Positions 1 to 8,912 of a stretch of DNA of 64,000 nucleotides are shown piece after piece. A program made the translations under genes and the position numbers. Under the pieces are notes generated by a model, which searched no databases, was not told the DNA's origin, and worked only from the letters and a program-made list of their open reading frames with translations. Position 1 is the first letter of the stretch; every line of letters begins with the position of its first letter. The stretch comes from Methanofastidiosum sp. (GTDB lineage: Archaea > Methanobacteriota_B > Thermococci > Methanofastidiosales > Methanofastidiosaceae). The stretch lies in NCBI GenBank assembly GCA_013178285.1, contig JABLXD010000022.1, forward strand, positions 3,802 through 67,801. Direction: 5' to 3'.

Positions 1-2
1 CA

Positions 3-635
3 AAAGAGATACCCTCCGTCAAAGAAACACTTATTGATGAGCGTGACAGGTACCTGGCGTTAAAGATACTACAAAGCGATGCAAAGAAGTTCGTTGCTGT
101 TATTGGCAGAGGCCACATGGAAGGGGTAAAAAGAGCCTTGAATGAGCTAAACAAGAAGAGCGCTAAAAAAGACATAAAGGAACTTGAAGTAATCCCACAA
201 AAGAAAAGCTCATGGAAATACGTTGGATACCTAATCCCCATACTCTTCTTTGGGATTGTCATCTATGGATTTTTCACTAAAGGTTTTGAGTTTACATTAA
301 GAGTTTTTTTCATATGGATCGTCGTGAATGGGACATTATCTGCACTTGGCGCAGCACTTGCCTTTGCACACCCAGTGTCTATACTAGTTGCTTTTATAGC
401 AGCACCGATTACATCGCTTAACCCTACAATTGCGGCAGGCTGGTTTGCAGGGCTTTCTGAGGTTAAGTTTAGAAAACCTAAAATAAAGGATTTTGAAGGA
501 TTGAATAGTATTGAAGGATTTACTGACCTGTGGAAAAATGGAGTTACAAGGATAATCCTCGTTGTCGCTTTTTCCAATATAGGGAGTACTATAGGGACGA
601 TATATGCTATCCCCTATATAATTTCCCTCTTGTGA
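3..635 (+). CDS. TraB/PrgY family protein, 5'-truncated by window edge
   Basis: Frame is open from nt 3: ...LIDERDRYLA...FVAVIGRGHM (TraB ERD and VxGxGH motifs), followed by C-terminal TM helices. Confidence 0.8.
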   Translation, partial: KEIPSVKETLIDERDRYLALKILQSDAKKFVAVIGRGHMEGVKRALNELNKKSAKKDIKELEVIPQKKSSWKYVGYLIPILFFGIVIYGFFTKGFEFTLRVFFIWIVVNGTLSALGAALAFAHPVSILVAFIAAPITSLNPTIAAGWFAGLSEVKFRKPKIKDFEGLNSIEGFTDLWKNGVTRIILVVAFSNIGSTIGTIYAIPYIISLL

Positions 636-644
636 GGTGGATAA

Positions 645-1814
645 ATGAAAAATATATTACTGGCTTTATTTATTATATCTGGACTATTGCTCCAAGGAGT
701 ATATGCAGAAGAAGAGTATATCAATAAACTATGGACGCACAATATGGGGGGAAACGTCTGGGATATAATGCATGGCGATTTTACAGGAGACGGCATTGAT
801 GAAATCGTTGTCGCCTCAGGCTGCTGTGGCAATCCTGGATATGTTACCGTCTTTGATGTGTCTGGCACTATAGTCTGGCAGGCTAGGATGCCACAGGAAG
901 TAAGAACTCTTGATATAGGGGATATTGATGGCGATGGAAAGCTTGATGCCGTTTGCTCCTCTACCGATTCAAAGATCTACTTTATCTCTAACAGTGGAGA
1001 AATAGTAAAAGTTTATCCAGAATCTGGAGACGTCTTATCTATAAAGATAGTGGATATTGACGGAGACGGGAAGAATGAAGTTATTACTGGATCAAGTTTT
1101 ATTAGGATCTTTAAAAACTTAGAAGAAGTCGCAAACTATAGCACCTCAAACAGGATAATGGATCTAAACTTCTATGACTTAAATGGCGATAAAAAGCTTG
1201 AGATAATAACAGGCGGTTTAGGGAACTATGTTTATCTTCTAGACAGCAATCTTAATCTCTTGTGGAAGAATCAGAGTAACTCGGTCATATGGGGCACAAT
1301 GCCTTTTACGTATCTGGGAAACCCATCGATACTTGTTTTTACAAGGGGTTATTATGTACTGGACAAGGATGGGAACAAAGTTTTCCAGAAGAACATGGAC
1401 GAATACTTCATAACAGGCCATGACACTGGAAATATGATTGTACTGGCTGATGGGAAGGGAAATCTAAACAGCTACGATTATTCTCTAAATGAGCTATGGA
1501 CCTACAAGGTAGAAAAGGAGGTAAAGGACATCTATTCCTACAAGGAGGGAAATGAAATTATACTGCTCCTTGGGTCGATGGATGAAAACTTCTACATGTT
1601 AAAAGGAGATGGGAAGTTTATTGGCTCTGCAAAGGCAGGATCATATGTTTCTGCTGTTGACAGCTTTAGTATAAAGAACAAGAGATATGTAGTTTATGGC
1701 TCATTTGACGACAACGTTTACACATATTATAGGGAAACAAAAAATGTCCCATTCTATGGGTTTGGGACTGTTATAGCGGCCTTGATATATTTCCTCTACA
1801 GAAGGCGTCAGTAG
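645..1814 (+). CDS. Secreted FG-GAP/beta-propeller repeat protein with C-terminal membrane anchor
   Basis: Signal peptide; repeated DxDGDG motifs (DFTGDG, DIDGDG x2, DLNGDK); ends VPFYGF-TM-RRRQ. Confidence 0.75.
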   Translation: MKNILLALFIISGLLLQGVYAEEEYINKLWTHNMGGNVWDIMHGDFTGDGIDEIVVASGCCGNPGYVTVFDVSGTIVWQARMPQEVRTLDIGDIDGDGKLDAVCSSTDSKIYFISNSGEIVKVYPESGDVLSIKIVDIDGDGKNEVITGSSFIRIFKNLEEVANYSTSNRIMDLNFYDLNGDKKLEIITGGLGNYVYLLDSNLNLLWKNQSNSVIWGTMPFTYLGNPSILVFTRGYYVLDKDGNKVFQKNMDEYFITGHDTGNMIVLADGKGNLNSYDYSLNELWTYKVEKEVKDIYSYKEGNEIILLLGSMDENFYMLKGDGKFIGSAKAGSYVSAVDSFSIKNKRYVVYGSFDDNVYTYYRETKNVPFYGFGTVIAALIYFLYRRRQ

Positions 1815-3361
1815 CTACTGAATCTTTCAACTACGAAATCTTTTTCAAGGGCATTTATGAACGCAGCTGCTTTGGGGCCAGACTCCTTGCCAATCAAGAC
1901 TTGGTATATGGCTCCAAAGAGCATTTTTGGCTCTATTGGAATGTTTGTCGCGGTTTCATAGATCTTATTGTGGAGCTCAACGTCAGTTAGGTCTTCTCCC
2001 TGAATTAGATCAGAAATAATCTTCAGCCCCTCTCTCTGCTCTTTTGAAAGATCTACTTTTGGTGCTTCTGTCAATATTTCAAACTTTATCATGTCTGGAG
2101 CATAGAGTTTAACCCAGTTTGTAGCAAGGTTTACCCTTGTTTTGATTCTTTCAATATCTATTTCGGAGAGCTCTCCTTTTAGATGCCCCTCTTTTTTCAG
2201 GATTCTGATTATCCTATCTACATCGGAAGTAATCTGTACGAGCACTGACATGAATCTAAAGGATGGTTGTGCTGGGAGTTTTTTATAACCCCAGATGTTT
2301 GAAAATTCGTAGAGCTTATCATACTTCTCTCGTTTGTTAATCTCTTCATCACTGAAATAAGTAGTCTCTACTCTATCAAACTCGTCATAAACATTTAGGA
2401 AGTCAAGATCTAGGGCAATCTTTAGCTCCTTTGTAGGTTTTGTCTTGACAAATAGATACCTCAATACGTCAGGCTCCATGACTAAAAGAATGTCTGAAGG
2501 TAGAACTACATTGCCTTTGGAGGAAGACATCTTTCCACTTGCGCCTTTAAGAGATACGAACTCATATGTTGCACCTATAATTGGGGGTTTATTGAATACC
2601 TCCTGTATTATCCTCTGGCCTGTATCGGCACTTCCACCCTGTGTACCGTGGTCTTTACCATAAGGCTCATAGTCAACACCTAGCTCAGCCCATCTTGATG
2701 GCCAGTCGACTCTCCATTTTAGCTTGATGTAGTTTGCCTTTCTAATGTCAGCAGTCTCTTCAAATCCACACTTACAGGAGTAACTTAAACCGTATTCTCC
2801 ATCAAATGCTGTTATCTTTGTTATGTCCTTTCCGCATTTTGGGCAGTAGACAGAAACTGGATACCAGTCAGATGCAAGTTTCTCCCCACCCCTCTGGCTG
2901 TTCAATAACTCTATTAACTTCTCCTTCTTTTCGAGAGCTATCTTGATATTATCGCGGTATATGCCTTTTTTATACTGCTCAGAAGCCCTCAAGAAGTCAG
3001 GTTCCATCCCTGCCTCAGAGAGTGAAACTTCAAAAGGTTCCATAAAGTGATCAGCAAATGAGCTATGGCAGCCATCAGGATCTGGTACCTTATAGTCAGG
3101 CAATCCTATATACTCTGAATAACTGGCCGGAACATTTGAAGGAACCTTCCTAAACCGGTCATAATCGTCCCACATGTGTATGTGACGGGAATTGTGCCCC
3201 ATGTCCTTTAGCGCAAATGCTACAAGATTTGTTGTGATGGCCTCCCTAAAGTGGCCTATATGACAGTGCCCTGAGGGTGTAACCCCAGATTCACAAATAT
3301 ACTCTTTCTTCTCTCCTCTTTCTGCAATAATTCTCTCAGCAAACGTTGATGCCCAGTGCAT
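1808..3361 (-). CDS. lysS: Class I lysyl-tRNA synthetase
   Basis: MHWA start at 3361; SGxTPSGxxHIGH (HIGH), WRVDWP, KMSSSKG (KMSKS-like) motifs. Confidence 0.95.
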   Translation of the reverse strand: MHWASTFAERIIAERGEKKEYICESGVTPSGHCHIGHFREAITTNLVAFALKDMGHNSRHIHMWDDYDRFRKVPSNVPASYSEYIGLPDYKVPDPDGCHSSFADHFMEPFEVSLSEAGMEPDFLRASEQYKKGIYRDNIKIALEKKEKLIELLNSQRGGEKLASDWYPVSVYCPKCGKDITKITAFDGEYGLSYSCKCGFEETADIRKANYIKLKWRVDWPSRWAELGVDYEPYGKDHGTQGGSADTGQRIIQEVFNKPPIIGATYEFVSLKGASGKMSSSKGNVVLPSDILLVMEPDVLRYLFVKTKPTKELKIALDLDFLNVYDEFDRVETTYFSDEEINKREKYDKLYEFSNIWGYKKLPAQPSFRFMSVLVQITSDVDRIIRILKKEGHLKGELSEIDIERIKTRVNLATNWVKLYAPDMIKFEILTEAPKVDLSKEQREGLKIISDLIQGEDLTDVELHNKIYETATNIPIEPKMLFGAIYQVLIGKESGPKAAAFINALEKDFVVERFSSY

Positions 3362-3363
3362 TT

Positions 3364-4047
3364 CTAACCTCTCCGTCTGACATTTGAGTCTTTGTCGCAT
3401 ATCTCTTTTAAGACTTGCTCAAAAGAATCATCGTGCATTAAAACCCTATTGAGATAGACTCCGGTCCTGCCAATCTTATCCCTTCTTGTAAGTACTTGGG
3501 AGCGCTCCCTAACTATATCAATTGAGACATTAAGCAGTTTTGACACCTCTGCTTCCCTGCCAGTTATCTCCTCTTCAATGTGCCCATCTTCAGTTGGCCT
3601 AATCAATATCAATCTCTTATCAACACCAGGCACTCTCTTGTCTTTTTTAAGGTCCTCAAGCTCAATCGCTCCACCAAAATAGTAGAACTCAATCTCCCGT
3701 AACTTTGACTCAGTTATGGGAAATGTTATCGTTTCCCCTGTATAGAGGGTAATTGAGCCCTTGACAAGGTGCCATGGGGTTGCCTGTACTATGCTCCTTT
3801 CTTTAATCCCGATATCCTCTAAAGCCATCTCCAATAGGTATGTTTCAGGGATATGCTCTATGAAAAAGTCAATATCTGACCCCTTATGGACATCACCCCT
3901 CGCAACTGACCCATACAGAATAGGTTGAAAATCAGATATCTTTTCCATGACAATAAGAGCTTTTGACCTTATTGATGAAAGCATGCTCCAATTTTCATCG
4001 TTATAAGTTACTTTTCTCCTGTGAAATGCGACTGTTTTCTCTTTCAT
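3364..4047 (-). CDS. Archaeal predicted nucleotidyltransferase (COG2413-like)
   Basis: GSVARGDVHKGSDID polB-type NTase motif; PGVDKRL and GRTGVY C-terminal motifs. Confidence 0.75.
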   Translation of the reverse strand: MKEKTVAFHRRKVTYNDENWSMLSSIRSKALIVMEKISDFQPILYGSVARGDVHKGSDIDFFIEHIPETYLLEMALEDIGIKERSIVQATPWHLVKGSITLYTGETITFPITESKLREIEFYYFGGAIELEDLKKDKRVPGVDKRLILIRPTEDGHIEEEITGREAEVSKLLNVSIDIVRERSQVLTRRDKIGRTGVYLNRVLMHDDSFEQVLKEICDKDSNVRRRG

Positions 4048-4096
4048 TATAAAAAATTACAGTTAGAAATATAAATCATTATCTTAGCAATTTGGT

Positions 4097-5203
4097 ATGA
4101 ACCCGCTTTATGTAGTGCTTATAGGCATAATTTTGTTCTGGGTAGCGCTCTCAGAGGTTAACAAAAGGTATAATCTTTCAAAGTATGGTGTCGATTTCCA
4201 AGGGATAATCCTCTTATGGAGGACAAAAAGATTCAATGACTTTATTGACAACGTTTCAAAGAAGGGTAAGAAAGTATGGAACGTCTATAGCATAATTGGG
4301 ATAGGTGCTGCGGTAGTCGGCATGATCACAGTTTTTTACTTCCTATTCTCAAATGCTATCAAGGTGTTACTTTCACCAGAGCCTTCTCCCGGAGTCGGTT
4401 TTGTCATACCTGGAGTAACTGTTCCATTCTGGTACAGCATAATAGGCCTTATAGTTGTCTTAATGGTGCACGAAGGATCTCACGGGGTAATCGCTAGAGC
4501 AAACAACATAAAGCTCAAATCGACTGGGTTGGCCCTATTTGTTGCAATACCCGGGGCCTTTGTTGAGCCAGACGAAGAAGAGCTAAAAAAGACTTCAAGG
4601 CTCACAAGGATGAAGGTCTATGCAGCAGGATCTATGGCAAACTTTGTCACAGCTTTGATAGCTTTTGTACTGATAGTAGGGTTAGTAAACCCGCTACTGA
4701 CCCCTTCTGGTATCCAGATAGTTTCAATTGAAGATTCATCAAGTGCATTTGGGTTATTGTCCCAAGGAGACATAATTACAGAGATCAACGGGATAAAGAT
4801 TGAAACGCTTCAGAACTTCTATGACATCATGCAAGACACAAATCCAGGCGACCAACTAAATATTGTATCAAACAAGGGCACATTCAATATTACACTGAGT
4901 GACCATCCAAGGGAGCCAGGTAAAGGCTACATAGGTATTGTCACGTCACAATATTACAGCTCACCCATAAATATGAAGATTTTGACCCCTATAAGCGGCG
5001 TATTGTTCTGGGTTTTCCTCTTGAACTTCAATATAGGATTGATTAATCTCTTCCCCCTACCGTTCCTATTTGACGGAGGGAAGATATTCAAAGAGATAGT
5101 TGACACAAAGTTCAGCGAGGCCAACTCAAATACTATTCAAAAGGTATTTGCTATAATAGGCATAATGCTTTTTGCAATAAATATCCTGCCTTCGTTTTTA
5201 TGA
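4097..5203 (+). CDS. Site-2 protease (M50) with PDZ-like insert
   Basis: VHEGSHG (HExxH), GAFVEPD, NLFPLPFLFDGG; multiple TM helices. Confidence 0.9.
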   Translation: MNPLYVVLIGIILFWVALSEVNKRYNLSKYGVDFQGIILLWRTKRFNDFIDNVSKKGKKVWNVYSIIGIGAAVVGMITVFYFLFSNAIKVLLSPEPSPGVGFVIPGVTVPFWYSIIGLIVVLMVHEGSHGVIARANNIKLKSTGLALFVAIPGAFVEPDEEELKKTSRLTRMKVYAAGSMANFVTALIAFVLIVGLVNPLLTPSGIQIVSIEDSSSAFGLLSQGDIITEINGIKIETLQNFYDIMQDTNPGDQLNIVSNKGTFNITLSDHPREPGKGYIGIVTSQYYSSPINMKILTPISGVLFWVFLLNFNIGLINLFPLPFLFDGGKIFKEIVDTKFSEANSNTIQKVFAIIGIMLFAINILPSFL

Positions 5204-5207
5204 TGTT

Positions 5208-5402
5208 ATGATAAAGGTAGTTTTTTTACGGGACAAGAGAACTGTTGAAGTGGAAGCGAAGAATGTTTCCGAAGTATTCTCAAAGATAGCCATATTGAGA
5301 GAGCAGTATGTCGTGATAAAAAACGGAAAGATAGTCTGCGAGGATGAATCATTATCAGACGGAGATACTATCGAGCTATTCACAGTTGCTTCAGGTGGTT
5401 AA
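5208..5402 (+). CDS. MoaD/ThiS (SAMP-like) sulfur carrier
   Basis: 64 aa beta-grasp size, C-terminal SGG, directly upstream of the TtuA-family gene. Confidence 0.85.
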   Translation: MIKVVFLRDKRTVEVEAKNVSEVFSKIAILREQYVVIKNGKIVCEDESLSDGDTIELFTVASGG

Positions 5403-5403
5403 T

Positions 5404-6306
5404 TTGAAGTGTTCAAGATGCAAGAAGGATGCAATATACTTCCAGAGGCAGTCTGGCCAGTACTACTGTGGAGAGCACTTCAATAGCTATTTTGTGAAAA
5501 AGTTCATGCGGATTATTAGAGAAGACCAGCTAATAAAAAAGAATGAGAAGGTTGCAGTCGCTGTTAGCGGTGGGAAGGATAGCTTGACCTTAGCTTATCT
5601 CCTAAAGAAGCTCCAAGCCAGATACCCTTTTCAGATGGAGGCTATAATAGTTGATGAGGGGATATCCGGGTACAGGGCTCATACCCTAGATGCCGCAAAA
5701 TCACAGCTTGAAAAACTTGAGATAGAATATCACATCGAGTCTTTTAAGGATAATTTTGGGAAAACCCTTGACTCTTTTGTTGAAAACAACAAGGAAAATG
5801 CATGCTCCACATGTGGGATATTGAGAAGATATATCTTGAACAAAAAAGCAAGGGAGCTATCCTGCACAAAGCTTGCAACAGGCCATAACCTTGATGATGA
5901 GGATCAGTCTGTCATTATGAATCTCATGAGGGGCGATGTGATAAGGTTTTCAAGGGGACAGAACTACTACAAGAAGATAAGTGACAAGTTTGTTGAAAGA
6001 ATTAAACCCCTACGGTATTTCTTAGAGAAGGAGATAGTAATATTTGCACTTAATAATAAGCTAACATTTGACTCTTCAGAGTGCCCATATGCGGAGTACG
6101 CTATGAGGGGTGAAGTAGGGAAGTTCCTTGACAGGATGGAGGAGTTAAGGCCTACAACGAAATACTCCCTTTTGTCTGGGTATGATAAAGTCCTCCCGGC
6201 ATTAAATCAGTTTTTTATCCCGGACTCAATTGGAGTTTGTGAGGTATGTGGGGAGCCCACTATGGACGGCACATGCATGAGGTGCAAGATTTTGGAAAAG
6301 GAATAG
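5404..6306 (+). CDS. ttuA: tRNA 2-thiolation protein, TtuA/NcsA family
   Basis: TTG start at 5404 inferred (LKCSRC zinc finger); SGGKDS PP-loop, CSTCGILRR, GHNLDD, CPY, C-terminal CxxC pairs. Confidence 0.85.
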   Translation: MKCSRCKKDAIYFQRQSGQYYCGEHFNSYFVKKFMRIIREDQLIKKNEKVAVAVSGGKDSLTLAYLLKKLQARYPFQMEAIIVDEGISGYRAHTLDAAKSQLEKLEIEYHIESFKDNFGKTLDSFVENNKENACSTCGILRRYILNKKARELSCTKLATGHNLDDEDQSVIMNLMRGDVIRFSRGQNYYKKISDKFVERIKPLRYFLEKEIVIFALNNKLTFDSSECPYAEYAMRGEVGKFLDRMEELRPTTKYSLLSGYDKVLPALNQFFIPDSIGVCEVCGEPTMDGTCMRCKILEKE

Positions 6307-6327
6307 AGAAAATATTCAAAATATATT

Positions 6328-6669
6328 CTATGAAATTTCTTCTAAGATATCTTCTATATTTTGTTTTAATTCTGGTAAATCTCTCACAATTATTGTCCAT
6401 ACTAAATCTATATCAATGCCAAAATATTCATGAATTAATTTGTCCCTCAATCCAGATATCTTTTTCCAAGGAACTTGGGTATAATTATCTTTAAATTCTT
6501 GGGGAAGATTTTTTATCGCTTCGCCAATTATTTCAAGTCTTCGTATAGTCATGTCTTGAAGAGAAAGTGAATCTTTAAAATCTTCTTTTGATTTATTCTT
6601 CATATATTCTTCAATTAAAACTATGCTATCAAGAATATGTAGTAGGAAAATCCTAAGATCCTTCTTCAT
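6328..6669 (-). CDS. HEPN (DUF86/HepT) toxin
   Basis: RDKLIH (RxxxxH); EIIGEA motif; overlaps the MNT gene. Confidence 0.9.
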   Translation of the reverse strand: MKKDLRIFLLHILDSIVLIEEYMKNKSKEDFKDSLSLQDMTIRRLEIIGEAIKNLPQEFKDNYTQVPWKKISGLRDKLIHEYFGIDIDLVWTIIVRDLPELKQNIEDILEEIS

Positions 6670-6961
6670 AGAATACTTCCTGCTCCTTTAAAATATAATC
6701 CTTTAATAGAGGGTGAATTGATTTGTAAGTAATAACATCAACTTTCTTATTAAAAAATTCTTCAAGTTCTTGTTCTAAGCCTATTAAATCAAGTAAAGAT
6801 TTAGTTTCCACATCTGCAAATTCAACTAATATATCGATATCACTATCTTTAGTTTCTTCTCCTCGAACGTAGGATCCAAAAACAGCAGCTTTTTTTATTC
6901 CGTGTTTTTTTAAAATTGGAATCGACTTAGTCTTAATATCAGAGAGCCTAATCTTTTTCAT
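6653..6961 (-). CDS. Minimal nucleotidyltransferase (MntA) antitoxin
   Basis: FGSYVRGEETKDSDIDILV (GSx10DxD). Confidence 0.9.
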   Translation of the reverse strand: MKKIRLSDIKTKSIPILKKHGIKKAAVFGSYVRGEETKDSDIDILVEFADVETKSLLDLIGLEQELEEFFNKKVDVITYKSIHPLLKDYILKEQEVFYEEGS

Positions 6962-7067
6962 CTATTAAAGATAAAGATAATATATATTTAAGACTTACTT
7001 ATAAATTTAGATTAAACTGATTTCTATAGAAAAACCTTTTATAATAATATGAAAATCTAAAGCTTAT

Positions 7068-7139
7068 GCCCTGGTGGCTTAGTGGTATAGTGCCTGCTTG
7101 GTAAGCAGGAGGTCGCGGGTTCAATCCCCGCCCAGGGCT
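7068..7139 (+). tRNA. tRNA-Thr(GGU), no encoded CCA, no intron
   Basis: Acceptor stem GCCCTGG/CCAGGGC; anticodon stem CCTGC/GCAGG with loop TTGGTAA (GGT at 7100-7102); T-arm GCGGG-TTCAATC-CCCGC; discriminator T. Confidence 0.97.
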
Positions 7140-7331
7140 TATTTTTTTAGTTGTAAAGCCTTAGGCTATTTTAAAAAAAATAGTTTGTAGATTATTATCC
7201 AAATTAAATATACATGAAGTATAATCTAGTATTATTTGGATATTCAGTAATAAAGAGAAAAGAATAATTTTTGCTTAGTTTTAGAGAAAAAATAAAATGA
7301 AAAAGATAATTTTTCCATGTTTTCCATATAC

Positions 7332-7380
7332 TTTTCCCTATTTTCCCTATTTTTTTCCATATCTTTATATATATGGAAAC
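7332..7380 (+). repeat. Dispersed CCCTATTTT repeat module, copy A
   Basis: 45/49 identical to the reverse complement of the 16770-16818 region; ends in a TATA-like ATATATA. Confidence 0.8.
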
Positions 7381-7422
7381 TTTATTTTCATAGAAACTAG
7401 ATTATTTCAAAGTGGTGTATAT

Positions 7423-8748
7423 ATGAAAAAAATATCTATTTTAGTTTGTTTCATATTTTTAGTTTCTATTAGTTCAGTGTATGCAGCAGATGGAGATCTA
7501 AAGTGGCATACTGGACAAGTCGGGAAAGCGAATATAGGAGGTCGTATTCTAACATCTCCGGCAATAGGTAGTGATGGTACAATCTATGTTGGAACAGGTT
7601 CTGGTGATGGGCAACTTTACGCAGTAAATCAAGACGGGACATTAAAATGGAAAACTGACTTCATAGGAGACCTGATTTATTCATCTCCTGTAATCGGTAC
7701 TGATGGCACAATCTATGTTGGGACCTTCGTTGGTGATGGAGAGCTATATGCAATATATCCTACTGGAACATTGAAATGGCATACTGGACAAGTCGGAAAA
7801 GCGAATATTGGGAGCCTGATTTATTCATCGCCTGCAATTGGCGCTGATGGTACAATCTATGTTGGAACTCATTCAGGAGCACAAGAACTATACGCAATAA
7901 ATACCGACGGTACTCTAAAGTGGAAAACTGACTTCATAACTAATCCAATTTATGCCTCGCCAGCAATTGGTGCTGATGGCACAATTTATGTTGGAACTGA
8001 AGGAAGTTCTAGCTGTCGATTTTATGCAGTAAATCCCACGGATGGATCTAAGAAGTGGGAAACAACTACAGGATTTGGAATGTTTTCATCGCCCGCAATC
8101 GGTAGTGACGGCACAATCTACTTTGGAACATATTATAGTTCCAATAATCTTTACGCAATAAATCCTTTAGATGGATCTAGTAAATGGAATTACCCCACAT
8201 CAGGACAAGTTTGGTCGTCACCTGCAATAGGTAGTGACGGCACAATATACATTGGAACATATTCTGGAGATTCAGAGCTTTACGCAATAAATCCCAACAA
8301 TACTCTAAAGTGGAAAACAAACTTCATAGCAGGATTAGTTTACACATCCCCAGCAATTGGCGCTGATGGTACAATCTATGTTGGAACTTATTCTGGTGAC
8401 TACCAGCTTTACGCAGTAAATCCTAACGGTACTCTAAAGTGGAAAACAGACTCCATAGGGAAGGCTATTTTTGCCTCGCCTGCAATTGGCGCTGATGGTA
8501 CAATCTATGTTGGAACTGATATGGGTGGTGTTGGTGAACTTTATGCCATATACAGTAGCCCAGGATGGACGTATGCGACATACGAAAATTCAATGAGAAC
8601 ATACACAAACTCAAACTGGCCAAAGTTTGGTCAGAATAACTACAATCTTAGAAGAGTTGTACCGGCACCACAGGAAGTGGCAGGAAGACCTAAATCCCTT
8701 CCGATAACAAAGATACTAAAAATATTGGGATTACTTAAAGAAGAATAA
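7423..8748 (+). CDS. Secreted PQQ-like beta-propeller repeat protein
   Basis: Likely start MKKISIL at 7423 (signal peptide); nine SPAIGxDGTIYVGT...LYAIN-type repeats. Confidence 0.85.
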   Translation: MKKISILVCFIFLVSISSVYAADGDLKWHTGQVGKANIGGRILTSPAIGSDGTIYVGTGSGDGQLYAVNQDGTLKWKTDFIGDLIYSSPVIGTDGTIYVGTFVGDGELYAIYPTGTLKWHTGQVGKANIGSLIYSSPAIGADGTIYVGTHSGAQELYAINTDGTLKWKTDFITNPIYASPAIGADGTIYVGTEGSSSCRFYAVNPTDGSKKWETTTGFGMFSSPAIGSDGTIYFGTYYSSNNLYAINPLDGSSKWNYPTSGQVWSSPAIGSDGTIYIGTYSGDSELYAINPNNTLKWKTNFIAGLVYTSPAIGADGTIYVGTYSGDYQLYAVNPNGTLKWKTDSIGKAIFASPAIGADGTIYVGTDMGGVGELYAIYSSPGWTYATYENSMRTYTNSNWPKFGQNNYNLRRVVPAPQEVAGRPKSLPITKILKILGLLKEE

Positions 8749-8775
8749 TTTTTTTCTTTTTTTATATCATAATTC

Positions 8776-8864
8776 TTAATTCAGATATATCATGCCCCAA
8801 CAACATACAACTTGCCCTTGTAGATAACGCTCTTTACAAATGAAATCTTCTCTGAATCGATATT
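8776..8864 (-). pseudogene. Decayed copy of the last 30 codons of the Cache gene at 11693
   Basis: 89 bp matching 11693-11782 with 3 substitutions (one GGA>TGA) and a 1-nt deletion. Confidence 0.9.
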
Positions 8865-8912
8865 AAACTTCCAAGATAAGTTAGTTTTAAATAATAAAAA
8901 TCATAAAAAAGC

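Noticed and set aside
7297-7422. N-terminal extension FPYTFPYFPYFFPY on the PQQ protein
   Set aside because: This is just the translation of the CCCTATTTT DNA repeat; the signal peptide and SD fit a start at 7423.
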